Assembly (NCBI GenBank): GCA_963924565.1
Contig: OZ004607.1
Location: 2,418,001 to 2,482,000 of the forward strand
From: Ascidiella aspersa
Lineage: Eukaryota
Direction of reading: 5' to 3'
DNA: 64,000 nt
Below, one piece after another: positions 23,487 through 36,269 of this stretch; positions within the stretch are counted from its first letter, which is position 1, and the number at the start of each line of letters is the position of its first letter. Below the pieces are notes generated by a model. The model was not told where the DNA came from, did not search any database, and was given only the letters and a program-made list of their open reading frames with translations. The position numbers and the translations under genes were made by a program.

Positions 23487-24312
23487 CCACTAACCCTCTA
23501 AACCCATACCACTAAATCTAACCCTTTAACCTCAACCCACTAACCCTTTAAACCCATGACAACAAATCTAACCCTTTAACCTCAACCCACTAACCCTTTA
23601 AACCCATAAAACCAAATCTAACCCTTTAACCTCAACCCACTAACCCTCTAAACCCATAACACTAAATCTAACCCTTTAACCTCAACCCACTAACCCTCTA
23701 TACCCCAGAAAACTAAATCTAACCCTTTAACCTCAACCCACTAACCCTATAAAACCCAGAACACTAAATCTAACCCTTTAACCTCAACCCACTAACCCTC
23801 TATACCCCACAAAACTAAATCTAACCCCAACCAACTAAATCGAACCCTTTAACCTTAACCCACTAACTCTATATTACCCAGAACACTAAATCGAACCCTT
23901 TAAACTTAACCCACTAACCCTCTAAACACATAAAACTAAATCCAACCCTTTAACCTCAACCAACTAATTAACCCACTAACTCTATAATACCCAGAACACT
24001 AAATCTAACCATTTATCCTCAACCCACTAACCCTCTAAACCCATAACACCAAATCTAACCCTTTAACCTCACCCCTCTAAAACCCAGAACTCCAAATCTA
24101 ACCCTTTAATCTCAACCCACTAACCCTCTAAACCCATAACACCAAATCTAACCCTTTAATCTCAACCCACTAACCCTCTATACACCAGAAAACTAAATCT
24201 AACCCTTTAACCTCGACCCACCAACCCTCTATACCCCAGAAAACTAAATCTAACCCTTTAACCTCAACCCCTAACCCTATAAACCCATAACACCAAATCT
24301 AACCGTTTAACC
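23487..24312. repeat. Telomere-like 50/51-bp satellite array 1
   Basis: Unit CCCACTAACCCTCTAAACCCATAACACTAAATCTAACCCTTTAACCTCAA. Confidence 0.95.
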
Positions 24313-24516
24313 TAATAGTCTGTTCACAAATTTGGGACTTTCAATTGGAAGAATTATATAAAAATTAAGCCACATGAGAAAAGGGGAATTTAACTTAGTT
24401 GCAACAATAAGCAAAATCAAGTATATCATACAAAACACTATTGTCAAGGTCGTGGTTATGCAGTGCTTCGTATTATTAACGAGCTACTTGATACTTTTCA
24501 GAACTTAAGTTAAAAC

Positions 24517-25359
24517 ATGTCAAACCGTCAAAGTGATGATGCAATGACTCAGATAAAAACAGAGAGCGATGAAGGATTTTCTGATGATTCTGTTGCCACG
24601 ATAACATATTGGTCATCAGAAGAACATCAAGCCCTAAGTGAAGATTCTGATTGTGAAGGACCAAGTGGCTTGGATCAAATAGACATTCCCCAGAAGGATA
24701 TGAGTAAAGATAATTCAGCAAAGAACAAAATTACAAACAACAACATCGAGTTTCGATGCAACATTTGCGAAAAGTTGTTCAAAAAGCGACATGAGCTCAA
24801 CTCACATTTGTCTAGATTCCACTTCAAGAAACACAAATGCAAAGTTTGTGGAAAACTTTTTGGACAAATTGCCGCTCTTAAAAACCACGTGCGAATTCAC
24901 ACTGGTGAAAAGCCCTTTAAATGTGCTTATTGCTATAAATGTTTTAGTCATGTTCAATCCTTAAAACCTCATGAAAGAATCCACACTGGCGAAAGGCCGT
25001 ATGGGTGCAAAGTTTGTGGCAAATGTTTTTCCCGGGCCGGGCATCTCAACCAACATAATAAAATACACACTGGAGAAAAACCTTACAAGTGCAAAGATTG
25101 TGGAAAATGTTTCACACGACCGTCATGTCTCAACCAACATAATAAAATACACACTGGAGAAAAACCTTACAAATGCAAAGTTTGTGGAAAATGTTTTATG
25201 CGGGCAGGAGATCTTAAAGATCATGAAAGAACTCACACTGGAGAAAAACCTTACGAATGCAGACAACGCGGAAAATGTTTTAGCGAGACATCCAATTTTA
25301 ATAAACATAAAAGAAGGCACTCTAACGAAAAATCCTTCAAAAACAAAACTTGCGATTAG
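24517..25359 (+). CDS. A-type ZF protein, 7 fingers (last finger C>R)
   Basis: 280-aa ORF; YECRQR instead of YECRQC. Confidence 0.88.
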   Translation: MSNRQSDDAMTQIKTESDEGFSDDSVATITYWSSEEHQALSEDSDCEGPSGLDQIDIPQKDMSKDNSAKNKITNNNIEFRCNICEKLFKKRHELNSHLSRFHFKKHKCKVCGKLFGQIAALKNHVRIHTGEKPFKCAYCYKCFSHVQSLKPHERIHTGERPYGCKVCGKCFSRAGHLNQHNKIHTGEKPYKCKDCGKCFTRPSCLNQHNKIHTGEKPYKCKVCGKCFMRAGDLKDHERTHTGEKPYECRQRGKCFSETSNFNKHKRRHSNEKSFKNKTCD

Positions 25360-28300
25360 TTTTAAATCATACAAAAACATATACGTGTAAAGCATTTTTG
25401 TATTATATTAAACATAGAAATTGCACATTACATCATTACAGAAAATGAAACACAATGGTTGTAAATAATTGAAAATATATTTGTGACATAAAGAAAATGT
25501 GAAAATGCGCGAGCGTCGAACATATATTTATGTGCAACTTTATATGCTGTACTTTCTGCCAATTCAGCAAAAATTAAATGAAGGACCAGTTCACAAGACT
25601 GCATTAAATTCCCAAAATTAATGAAGAATTCTATATTTTTTTACCAGCTGTACATATATACATTTTGAGCTATTATTATCGTTAAAGCAGTGACTTTAAG
25701 TTTTAAAATATTTATTTAATCTTAATCTTTTTGTCGTCGAAATGGTGTTAAATAAATTAATGGTCCCATTCCCATACCCTCTACCTACAATGTTTGGCGT
25801 TGTTTTGTCCATTTAGCCTACAAAAATATACCTAAAAATTATTTTTAGTTCTATAATAAACATATTGCAATATAAAACATAACAATGATTGTAAATAATT
25901 GAAATTTTATCTGTCATTAGAAATGTGAATATTTCGCAAGCTTTGGGGGCAAACTTCCTCTGCTGGACTTTGCCACTTCAACAAAAGTAAAAACGGCGGA
26001 CCAGTTCATAAGGATGTATGTTTATTGTTTTAAATAAAACGGGATGCTTTGTTTTTTTACCCACCGAGCCTTTAGAGTTATCATTAAAACAGTTGCTTTA
26101 AAGCGTGAAATCTTCATTTAATCTTGTTAGTTTTCTCATCGAAATGGTGTTAAAGCATTGGTATTATCGATGTATATAATTTGTATGTGTAACCCGTTTC
26201 AAACGCTGTCATGACATTTGCCCTTCGCATTTTAAAATCTAAGCCATCTTGTTGCGTAAAGGAAAATACAAATTATATGTTTTGTGTTTTATAAACGCTA
26301 CATTTTAAAGGGCATATATAAAAATGATTATTCAACAACACGCATCTGAGGTTTTAGAAAGAGTTGCATATTTAAAACCACACAGAAATTAACATTACAG
26401 AAAAACATTTAAGTGCAAAATATGTCAAAAATGTAAGGTTATAATACAAGTCTTACAAATATTTTAATAATGGCAAAAAAGATTTAAATTTTCTCGGATA
26501 TTGAATCCTAGTTATAACGTTTATTCAGCTCTTTAATTTATCTTTACGTCGTCCGGGTGCGACTGTACTGGTAACAACTTTAACACAACACGATTTTCAT
26601 TTTCTCGCTGAGTCAAGGTAGTTTTGTTTAACTAGATTTACGGCAATAAACTTAAGATAATAAATATACCTGGATACTGATTTCTGTTGTTTCCGTTAAG
26701 TTTTCCGTTTAAAGAACCAACTCTGTAAAATAACACGTTTTAAAATTTCTTTGTTGCTTCAAGCCTTCAAAGCCCTCGCGTGGTTTCATAAATAAATACT
26801 TTAATTAATTTAATGCAGATGTTTAAACTCATGATACATAGAATGCAAGTTCCTCACTTTTGCGTCAAAATTGTGTAATAATTATAAACTTTCGACAAAC
26901 ATTAAGCCAGTAGCATATATATCCAAAAGTTTAAGGTCACTATAACTGCCGAACATCGTCGTAATTTTTTTTGAAGCAGCGACACTGAAATGCTACAACA
27001 CAGCATAAACTAGTTTGTTGCGGAATTATATATAAAAAAAAAACATTACGGTCTTGTAACGATGTAATAATAAATATATGCGTAAGAGAACTTTATCAAT
27101 CTTTTATCTAAAAGAGTCGCATGGCCTGCGAGCCACAGTTTGCCAACCTCAGTAAATGTATATTTTGTTTGTACCTTGATAATATACGAAATACATCGCT
27201 TTAACTTATTACTATTTTTTTTTTGCTCAACAAGACAACACGGTGTTCTAATTTGAAAATGTTTAATTATTGTGTAAAACTGGTAAATCTGTTTTGTATC
27301 AACACATCATCAAATGTACAAGCATCTAATCTCATTCGCAGCTGCGATAAATAACACTCTGCTAGCAGCAGCGTTGCTTGGATCGAACCCGTCGTTATCC
27401 TGGCTTACTGTGCAGTGTTTGCCGCTTTGTTAATCCCCGCGCCACGACAATTAGCTCTCGTTTCCCTGAGCAGGAAACATCTTATCGTTCGACCCGATAA
27501 ACCAACCAACCCATGTGTTTAACCTCATATTAGATTTGGGACTGAGTGGAGTTTACTATGCAATGCTGTACTGACTAGTTACTGTCAATATACATCAGAA
27601 ATATGGATAAAGGAAATGCTATAAGTGTGAAATGAATGGTTGCTGCAAATATATGATAAGAAAGTATATATCTGTTTATGTTTTATGTTTTATTACAAGC
27701 CAGTAATAATATACAACACTTGAAGCTGATAAAAAATGCAAGGTTTTTTTAGGTACGCCGATGCTTTATTTGTATAGAAGTCAGGTTTTCATTAGGCCTA
27801 TCTAACTTCTAGTTGATTCCAGCCAATATAAATTGGAGAATTGGTTGGGTATTTCTCTTATAGTTCGTTATAATTATTATTGTTAGGCACTTTAGTAGCT
27901 TTAAGTTGTGTAAAGCCTTATAAACAATGTATGGAAGCTAAGGTTGTTTGACTCTCAGATCGTAAGAACCATAGCTATTTTAATCCGACGGTCGTTAATA
28001 TAAAGTAATTGGAAGAGATATAATTTCATGCAAAGCTCGTTAAAAGTTGGTTCATATATCTTTATACTAACGTTGCAAGATAATGTCGCTGTAAACATCT
28101 TAAATGGTTATTTAAAATGCATTAATTCCTTTAAGACGACGTTGTGGTTAGCGAGTGATTGTGAATATTTCCTACCTTCGTCTATTTATTATCAAGTTTC
28201 AATCAAATTTTATTGGGGGACCGGCGAACTTGTAATTTCAATTCTTTGAAGTGCGTTTGTATTGAAAAAATAACACTCGTTAGTAAATTGTGGACAGGAT

Positions 28301-28897
28301 ACGCTATGTAAGTTTGCTAAAAATTAGGCGATAACCGACATTGTATAGTAACTCGTCGTTTTATTTTATATACCTCTATTAAATTATCAATTATATTAAA
28401 CTATTATTTGCCGATTAACTTGGCGTGATGCTTAAACTCAAATGTTTATGATGACAAAATGGGTAAGCTGTTTGTTGTAGAGGAAAAATTAGATCATAAT
28501 TTCGTACTAAAATATCGGCCTACATTTACCGACAGCGATATATCGGTAGAAGTCTACCGATAAACCAATATATCAGTCTATCTCTAGTGTTGTTGCGTTG
28601 TTATTTTATAAGTTACTGATAAACTAAGAATTTGGTTGAAGATAGAAAGCAAATCGCTATTGAAAGATACTAGGAAACGACAAAAATTTTTCATGTTAAT
28701 TGTGCAACATTATACAACAATAGCCTGGCCACACATTTGCGCTGAACAGGTATATAAAAATTAAGACAAATAAGAAAAAGTAAATTTAATTTAGTTGCAT
28801 CAATAAATATGAAAGATCATTGGCAAAAGGTCGTGGATATACAGTGCTTCGTATTATGATTGAGCTACTTCATACTTTTCCGACATAAAACTAAAAC

Positions 28898-29649
28898 ATG
28901 TCAAACCAGCATAGCGATTTTGTTACGACAGAACAGACAAAAGAGAGCGATGATGGATTTTCTGACGATTCTGTTGCCACGGATATAGATTGGTCATCAC
29001 AAGAACACAAAGCTGTAAGTGAAGAGTCCGATTGTGAAGAACAAAGTGACTTGGATCAAATGGACATTTCTAAGAAAGATGTAGGCTTAAATAGTAATAA
29101 TCGAACAAAGAAGAACAAAATGACAAACAACAACACAGAGTTTCGATGCAACATTTGCGAAAAGTTGTTCAAAAAGCGTCGTAAGCTTAATATACATTTG
29201 TCCACAGTTCACTTCAAAAAACACAAATGCAAAGTATGCGAGAAACGTTTTGGAACAAACTCGAACACTACGAACCAATTCACACTGGAGAAAGACCATA
29301 TGAGTGCAAAGTTTGTGGCAGGTGTTTTACCCAGACTGGAGATCTTAAATATCATGAAAGAATTCACACTGGAGAAAGACCTTACAAATGTCAGATTTGT
29401 GCCAAGTGTTTTACCCGGGCAGGAAGTCTTAAAAAACATGAAAGAATTCACACTGGTGAAAAACCTTACAATTGCAAAGAATGTGGCAAGAGTTTTGGCC
29501 AGTCAGCAGATCACGACAGACACAAAATTATTCACACAGGAGAAAAACCGTTTGAATGCAAAGCTTGTGGAAAGTGTTTTAACCAGGCAGGAAGTCTTAA
29601 AAGACACAAAATAATTTATTGTAAAGAAACCATGGTGAAAACGGTCTAA
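28898..29649 (+). pseudogene. B-type ZF, frameshifted
   Basis: 7-bp deletion at ~29258 in finger 2 relative to the 21875 copy; splits into ORFs 28898-29614 and 29227-29649. Confidence 0.9.
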
Positions 29650-29706
29650 GGATTAGTTCCAAATTCAAAAAAAATATATTTTACTTCTGCAACGATTTTA
29701 ACACAT

Positions 29707-32245
29707 CTTCTTTCGTGTTGCTTAGATATCTGGGCAGTGGCTTGTGAGCCACTGCGTGTTAGAGGGTTTTGCGGCCAATATCGCTGCCCAACCACCGGGA
29801 CAGGAAAAGTTTGGACATTCTTCCACGATGTGGCTTGCCGTTTGTGTGGCTCCGCACTCACATAGTGGGGAAGGGGCAAGGCCCCATTGAAACATAGAGG
29901 AGGCAAAACGGCCGACTCCTGTTAATAAGTGGTTGCGTCTCACATTCGCTGTTCTCGACAGCTCTGGGGCGTGGTAGCGAGCCGCGGAGATGGATGCGTG
30001 TAGCTTTGTCTTGTTTGTTGACCATTCTTCTTCCCAGGTTTCCTCCTTCCTTTCTGACGCAGTTTTGCCATCAAGAATTGCTTTCTTGAATGACTGTGCT
30101 GCGGTTACAAAGGAGTGTCGTGACTTCAGTCGCGTTGCCTGCGCACAGCCTGAGATTTTGCTGTGCAGTAGATGGTCAGGCCACAAAAGTGCCTTGCGCG
30201 ATTGAGCAAAGGTTGCTCCCTTTCGCCTTATGTCAGTTGGCACAATCCCTGCTAGCACTGGGAGGTTGTTTACTGGGGTCGCTGTTAGACAGCCAGTGAT
30301 GGTCCGCAAGCAGTTATTTATTGGCACGTCCAGTAGTTTGATGTGTGCACTCCTGGACCATTCGGCCGCACAGTATTCTGCTGGCGCGTATACAAGCGCG
30401 AGTGCAGTAGATCGCAAAACATTGCTGCTGGAACCCCATGTTGTGCCAGCGAGTCTTCTAATTAGAGCTGCTCGGGATGAGACCTTGTTCCTCAAACCCT
30501 CCAGGTGTTTTCGATACGTGAGGGAACGGTCCAGTTTGACTCCAAGGTAGGTTGGGCACGGGTCAAAGGGAAGGTTGAAGCCGTTACATATGATGCGTAT
30601 CTCCCTGGAGGCTTCCCTGTTGTTTAAGTGGAAGGCGGAAGCGACAGACTTTGTTTCGCTCAGCACCAGTCTCCATTTTTCGAGGTATGTTGAGAGTGTG
30701 CCGACATCCTTGATGAGAGTACTTTCGACAGTTTCCCAACTCCGGCTTGACGTAAGTATTGCGATGTCATCTGCGTATGAGTATTTGCGGGCAGTGGTTT
30801 GGGGAAGGTCATATATGTATATGTTGAAGAGCATCGGTGCAAGCACAGAACCCTGTGGGACCCCATTTCTTAGCCGCCTTAAACGACTTTGTTGGCCGTC
30901 GCTGGTACGGAGAATGAAACTCCTGTTAGATACCAGTTCCATGATAAACTGTACCATGCGTTTGTCAGGGACGGTTTTCAGGAGCTTGTAGGTTAGGCCC
31001 TGGTACCATATGGTGTCATAGACAGCTGTCAGGTCTAAGAATACAGCGCCTGTTTTGTTGTTGGCTTGGTAACCGTCTTCAATATCCTGCGTCAGGAGGG
31101 TGACTTGGTCTGATGTGCACCTACCACGTCTGAAGCCTGCTTGCTCTGATGGTAATTGGGGATCAACGACAGGTTCTAATCGTTAGTGTATGATTCGCTC
31201 AAGGATCTTGAAAGGGATGCTTAGCAGGGATATTAGGCGGTAGCTCTTCGCATCGTCGGTTGGCTTGTTTGGCTTGGGTATGGCTATCACAAGGACTCTT
31301 CTCCATATCCTTGGAATTTTTAGCCGGTTCATGCACGACGAGAGAAACTTTGCAAGCCAATGGATTGCAGAGTCCCCCATGTGTATGAGGAATTCTGGAT
31401 GGAGGCGATCGGGGCCAGGTGCTTTGCCGGACTTTAGCTTCCGAAGGGCGTTGCGGACTTCTTCGGGTGTAAACTCGCTAGAGAGGTTTGCGTCTGCAGT
31501 CGGTGATCTCCAAAGCTCTGATAGTTTCTTTACCAGAGTTGTCTTGGATTGCCGATGGATTTTGGCATTGCGACCATTTTTCACTAGACGCGAAGCTATA
31601 GCGTTTGCTGTGACATGACACTTGCCCGGAGCAGCCTTGCCACGGCCCGTGAGTCGATTAATGGTGAGCCACGCCTTTCGGCTAGAGTGTATGAAGTCGA
31701 TGGACTCTACTGTCTCGATCCAGCGAGCTTGGCGCTTTCGGTCTAGGTGGTTTACCAGTTCATCGGCTGCTGATTTGGTTTCTTCCAAATTGCTGGAGCG
31801 TTTAAACTGGCTATACAGGTCCTGGCAGTCCTGGTCCCAGCATGGGACGTAGTTATTGCGGAATCCCCGCGGGATTTCCTGTTTTGCCGCGCGTGTCAGC
31901 ATTCCTGCGAAAGCGTAATAGGCCTTATTTTGGTCTTGCGAGTCTGGGCTAGCCAAGGTTTTTGCCATGTGGTGTGTTGCCTTGTTGTAGAGCAACCAAC
32001 GTGCCTTTCGGAAATTCCACCGTCTCACAGGTTTGCTTGGGGTGGGTTTTAAATGACCGGCCATTGATGTTATTGAAACTCTGTGCTGTGACCGAGGGAA
32101 CCGACTGATGACGTGTCGTTCGGGAAGGGCTTGTCCAGAAGTCACTCTCGCAAAAGCAAGGTCTGGATTGCTTCCAGTGCTCCAGCGTCCCGAGGTAAAA
32201 CTGTCGGGGTCTTTTGGGTCATACAAGAGCGACAGGTTGTTAGTT
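29707..32245 (-). mobile_element. 5'-truncated non-LTR retrotransposon, Vingi/Ingi-like; nonsense codon at 31183-31185
   Basis: Endonuclease C-terminus (PDLAF..SQHR), RT (PQGSVLAP, YADD), LALVYAPAEYC motif, terminal CCHC, no RNase H; TSD GATTTTAACACA(T/C); empty site at ~22678-22690. Confidence 0.9.
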
Positions 32246-32437
32246 GATTTTAACACACGATGATAACGAACAGAATAATTAAAATGGCGTTGTTTAGGGC
32301 ATATTGTAAAATTAGCCGACAACTAGTATTTATATTTGAAAAAATCTCAACATTCGCAAAGTTGTAAAGTGTTGCTTGGGCCTTTTTGTTATAACATTCT
32401 TGTGTACAACTTTACTTCGACGCCCATGAGTAACCTT

Positions 32438-32954
32438 AATAGAGAAATCAGGTGGCACTGTATAAAGACAAATTGTATTTGATTCTCGACAAGCTTTCGC
32501 ACAACCGTGCTTCATCAGGTCAAAGCATAAATGAAAACAATTAAAATGCACGTAAAAGCACAGGCGCAAGTAAAAGGCGATAAGAATGGTGACGTCTAAC
32601 ATATCCAGGCACATGCTCGCAAAAGCGTGTTACTGACGCAAAAACAATTATGCTACGATGCCTGCGCTTCAAGGTACGATGGGTGTAGTACAGCCTGCTA
32701 TGAGGTGTAGTGTGACATAAAGCCCAAATCCCGATTGAGCCCCACATTAATGGCATCGAACGTTTTAATTATGTTTTGTTCGACTGTGAGCCTCGCTTGG
32801 GTGCCGTTACTTACTTTTTTGATCACCGAAACTCTAAGGTCTTTTACACTGTGTGATCCTTGGTTAAAATGTTCGCCGACTGGTTTCTCCATATGTCCAT
32901 GCCTTATGTCACTGTTATGTCCATTCATGCGCTTTCTGATTGTTTGTCCAGTTT
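32438..32954 (-). mobile_element. Penelope-like element 3' fragment (GIY-YIG C-terminus plus pLTR)
   Basis: ETGQTIRKRMNGH...PVGEHFN...GLNRDLGFMSHY; hammerhead in 3' region; absent at the equivalent site ~22869. Confidence 0.88.
32485..32524 (-). ncRNA. Minimal type I hammerhead ribozyme
   Basis: UUUGAC-CUGAUGA-A-GCAC gguu GUGC-GAAA-GCUU-GUCGAG: canonical core, stem II, palindromic AGCU stem III, 6-bp stem I. Confidence 0.8.
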
Positions 32955-33560
32955 CTTCTAATAATACAACATTTAACATATTGTACTGCATTGCTCCTTT
33001 GTTGAAAAGCAATATTTATTGGTAGGGAATTAAAGTATAACGCCTTCATGATAGAAACAACACAACCAGTTGAGTTTCCGCTTTAGACGCTGTTGTTTTA
33101 CTTGGTCTACGCTGCGCAATACAAAGCAATAACAACTTGGTATGAAATCACATGCACACGCGAAATAAAAATCGCACTTGGGCAATCTGCATTGCAACAT
33201 ATTTTTAAAGTAAACTGTTGCATTAATTAAGGTCCACTGTTTCAGATAGTTTTGGCTTCTTGGGAGTTACCAAAAACACTAAAAATAACATTTAGTGATT
33301 TAGCGAGTTAAAATATTTAGTTTAAGGCATTGTTATAAACTTTACAATTAAGTTGGGTCGGGTTGTGAATTTAAGGCGATTAAACAATTTAATTCACGCG
33401 TTTGGTTTGGTTCTGTATTTCTTATTAGACGTCATCTTATCACTCAAATATATTTCAACATTTTGTCTTAAGTTTTGGTTATTAATGTCTCGATTTATCT
33501 TCACGATTCTTTTGAACTTTGTCAGCATATCCACATTACATTTACCTTAGCACAGTGGTT

Positions 33561-35222
33561 CCACTAACCCTCTAAACCCATACCACTAAATCTAACCCTT
33601 TAACCTCAACCCACTAACCCTTTAAACCCATAAAACCAAATCTCACCCTTTAACCTCAACCCACTAACCCTCTAAACCCATAACACTAAATCTAACCCTT
33701 TAACCTCAACCCACTAACCCTCTAAACCCAAAACACTAAATCTAACCCTTTAACCTCAACCCACTAACCCTCTAAACCCATAACACTAAATCTAACCCTT
33801 TAACCTCAACCCACTAACCCTCTAAACCCATACCACTAAATCTAACCCTTTAACCTCAACCCACTAACCCTCTATACCCCAGAAAACTAAATCTAACCCT
33901 TTAACCTCAACCCACTAACCCTCTAAACCCATAAAACCAAATCTAACCCTTTAACCTCAACCCACTATACCCCAGAAAACTAAATCTAACCCTTTAACCT
34001 CAACCCACTAACCCTCTAAACCCATAAAACCAAATCTAACCCTTTAACCTCAACCCACTAACCCTCTAAACCCATAACATTAAATCTAACCCTTTAACCT
34101 CAACCCACTAACCCTCTATACACCAGAAAACTAAATCCAACCCTTTAACCTCAACCCACTAACCCTATAAAACCCAGAACACTTAATCTAATCCTTTAAC
34201 CTCAACCCCCTAACCCTCCATACCCCAGAAAACTAAATCTAACCCTTTAACTTCAACCCACTAACCCTATAAAACCCAGAACACTAAATCTAACCCTTTA
34301 ACCTCAACCCCCTAACCCTCCATACCCCAGAAAACTAAATCTAACCCTTTAACCTCAACCCACTAACCCTATAAAACCCAGAACACTAAATCGAACCCTT
34401 TAACCTCAACCCACTAACCCTCTATACCCACAAAACTAAATCTAACCCTTTAACCTCAACCAACTAACCCTCTATACTCCATAAAACTAAATCTAACCCT
34501 TTAACCTCAACCAACTAATTAACCCACTAACTCTATAATACCCAGAACACTAAATCTAACCATTTAACCTCAACCCACTAACCCTCTATACCCCACAAAA
34601 CTAAATCTAACCCTTTAACCTCAACCAACTAACCCTCTATACCCCAGAAAACTAAATCTAACCCTTTAACCTCAACCCACTAACCCTCTATACCCCACAA
34701 AACTAAATCTAACCCTTTAACCTCAACCCACTAACCCTCTAAACCCATAACACTAAATCTAACCCATTAACCTCAACCCACTAACCCTCTATACCCCAGA
34801 AAACTAAATCCAACCCTTTAACCTAAACCCACTAACCCTCTATACCCCATAAAACTAAATCTAACCCTTTAACCTCAACCAACTAATTAACCCACTAACT
34901 CTATAATACCCAGAACACTAAATCTAACCATTTATCCTCAACCCACTAACCCAAAAAACTAAATCTAACTCTTTCATCTCAACCCACTAACCCTCTAAAC
35001 CCATAACACCAAATCTAACCCTTTAACCTCACCCCTCTAAAACCCAGAACTCCAAATCTAACCCTTTAATCTCAACCCACTAACCCTCTAAACCCATAAC
35101 ACCAAATCTAACCCTTTAACCTCAACCCACTAGCCCTCTATACCCCAGAAAACTAAATCTAACCCTTTAACCTCAACCCCCTAACCCTATAAACCCATAA
35201 CACCAAATCTAACCGTTTAACC
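33561..35222. repeat. Telomere-like satellite array 2
   Basis: Same 50/51-bp unit, ~1660 bp. Confidence 0.95.
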
Positions 35223-35426
35223 TAATAGTCTGTTCACAAATTTGGGACTTTCAATTGGAAGAATTATATAAAAATTAAGCCACATGAGAAAAGGGGAATT
35301 TAACTTAGTTGCAACAATAAGCAAAATCAAGTATATCATACAAAACACTATTGTCAAGGTCGTGGTTATGCAGTGCTTCGTATTATTAATGAGCTACTTG
35401 ATACTTTTCAGAACTTAAGTTAAAAC

Positions 35427-36269
35427 ATGTCAAACCGTCAAAGTGATTATGCAACGACTCAGATAAAAACAGAGAGCCATGAAGGATTTTCTGATGATTC
35501 TGTTGCCACGATAACATATTGGTCATCAGAAGAACATCAAACTCTAAGTGAAGATTCTGATTGTGAAGGACCAAGTGGCTTGGATCAAATAGACATTCCC
35601 CAGAAGGATATGAGTAAAGTTAATTCAGCAAAGAACAAAATTACAAACAACAACATCGAGTTTCGATGCAACATTTGCGAAAAGTTGTTCAAAAAGCGAC
35701 ATGAGCTCAACTCACATTTGTCTAGATTCCACTTCAAGAAACACAAATGCAAAGTTTGTGGAAAACTTTTTGGACAAATTGCCGCTCTTAAAAACCACGT
35801 GCGAATTCACACTGGTGAAAAGCCCTTTAAATGTGCTTATTGCTATAAATGTTTTAGTCATGTTCAATCCTTAAAACCTCATGAAAGAATCCACACTGGC
35901 GAAAGGCCGTATGGGTGCAAAGTTTGTGGCAAATGTTTTTCCCGGGCCGGGCATCTCAACCAACATAATAAAATACACACTGGAGAAAAACCTTACAAGT
36001 GCAAAGATTGTGGAAAATGTTTCACACGACCGTCATGTCTCAACCAACATAATAAAATACACACTGGAGAAAAACCTTACAAATGCAAAGTTTGTGGAAA
36101 ATGTTTTATGCGGGCAGGAGATCTTAAAGATCATGAAAGAACTCACACTGGAGAAAAACCTTACGAATGCAGACAATGCGGAAAATGTTTTAGCGAGACA
36201 TCCAATTTTAATAAACATAAAAGAAGGCACTCTAAAGAAAAATCCTTCAAAAACAAAACTTGCGATTAG
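35427..36269 (+). CDS. A-type ZF protein, 7 intact fingers
   Basis: 280-aa ORF, near-identical to 24517. Confidence 0.9.
   Translation: MSNRQSDYATTQIKTESHEGFSDDSVATITYWSSEEHQTLSEDSDCEGPSGLDQIDIPQKDMSKVNSAKNKITNNNIEFRCNICEKLFKKRHELNSHLSRFHFKKHKCKVCGKLFGQIAALKNHVRIHTGEKPFKCAYCYKCFSHVQSLKPHERIHTGERPYGCKVCGKCFSRAGHLNQHNKIHTGEKPYKCKDCGKCFTRPSCLNQHNKIHTGEKPYKCKVCGKCFMRAGDLKDHERTHTGEKPYECRQCGKCFSETSNFNKHKRRHSKEKSFKNKTCD

Noticed and set aside
23487-24312. True telomere or CRISPR-like array
   Set aside because: Higher-order 50-bp unit rather than pure TTAGGG; interstitial; no unique spacers
29990-31852. Plus-strand ORFs over the LINE (and over the second LINE and the Gypsy)
   Set aside because: Antisense shadows of the retroelement coding frames
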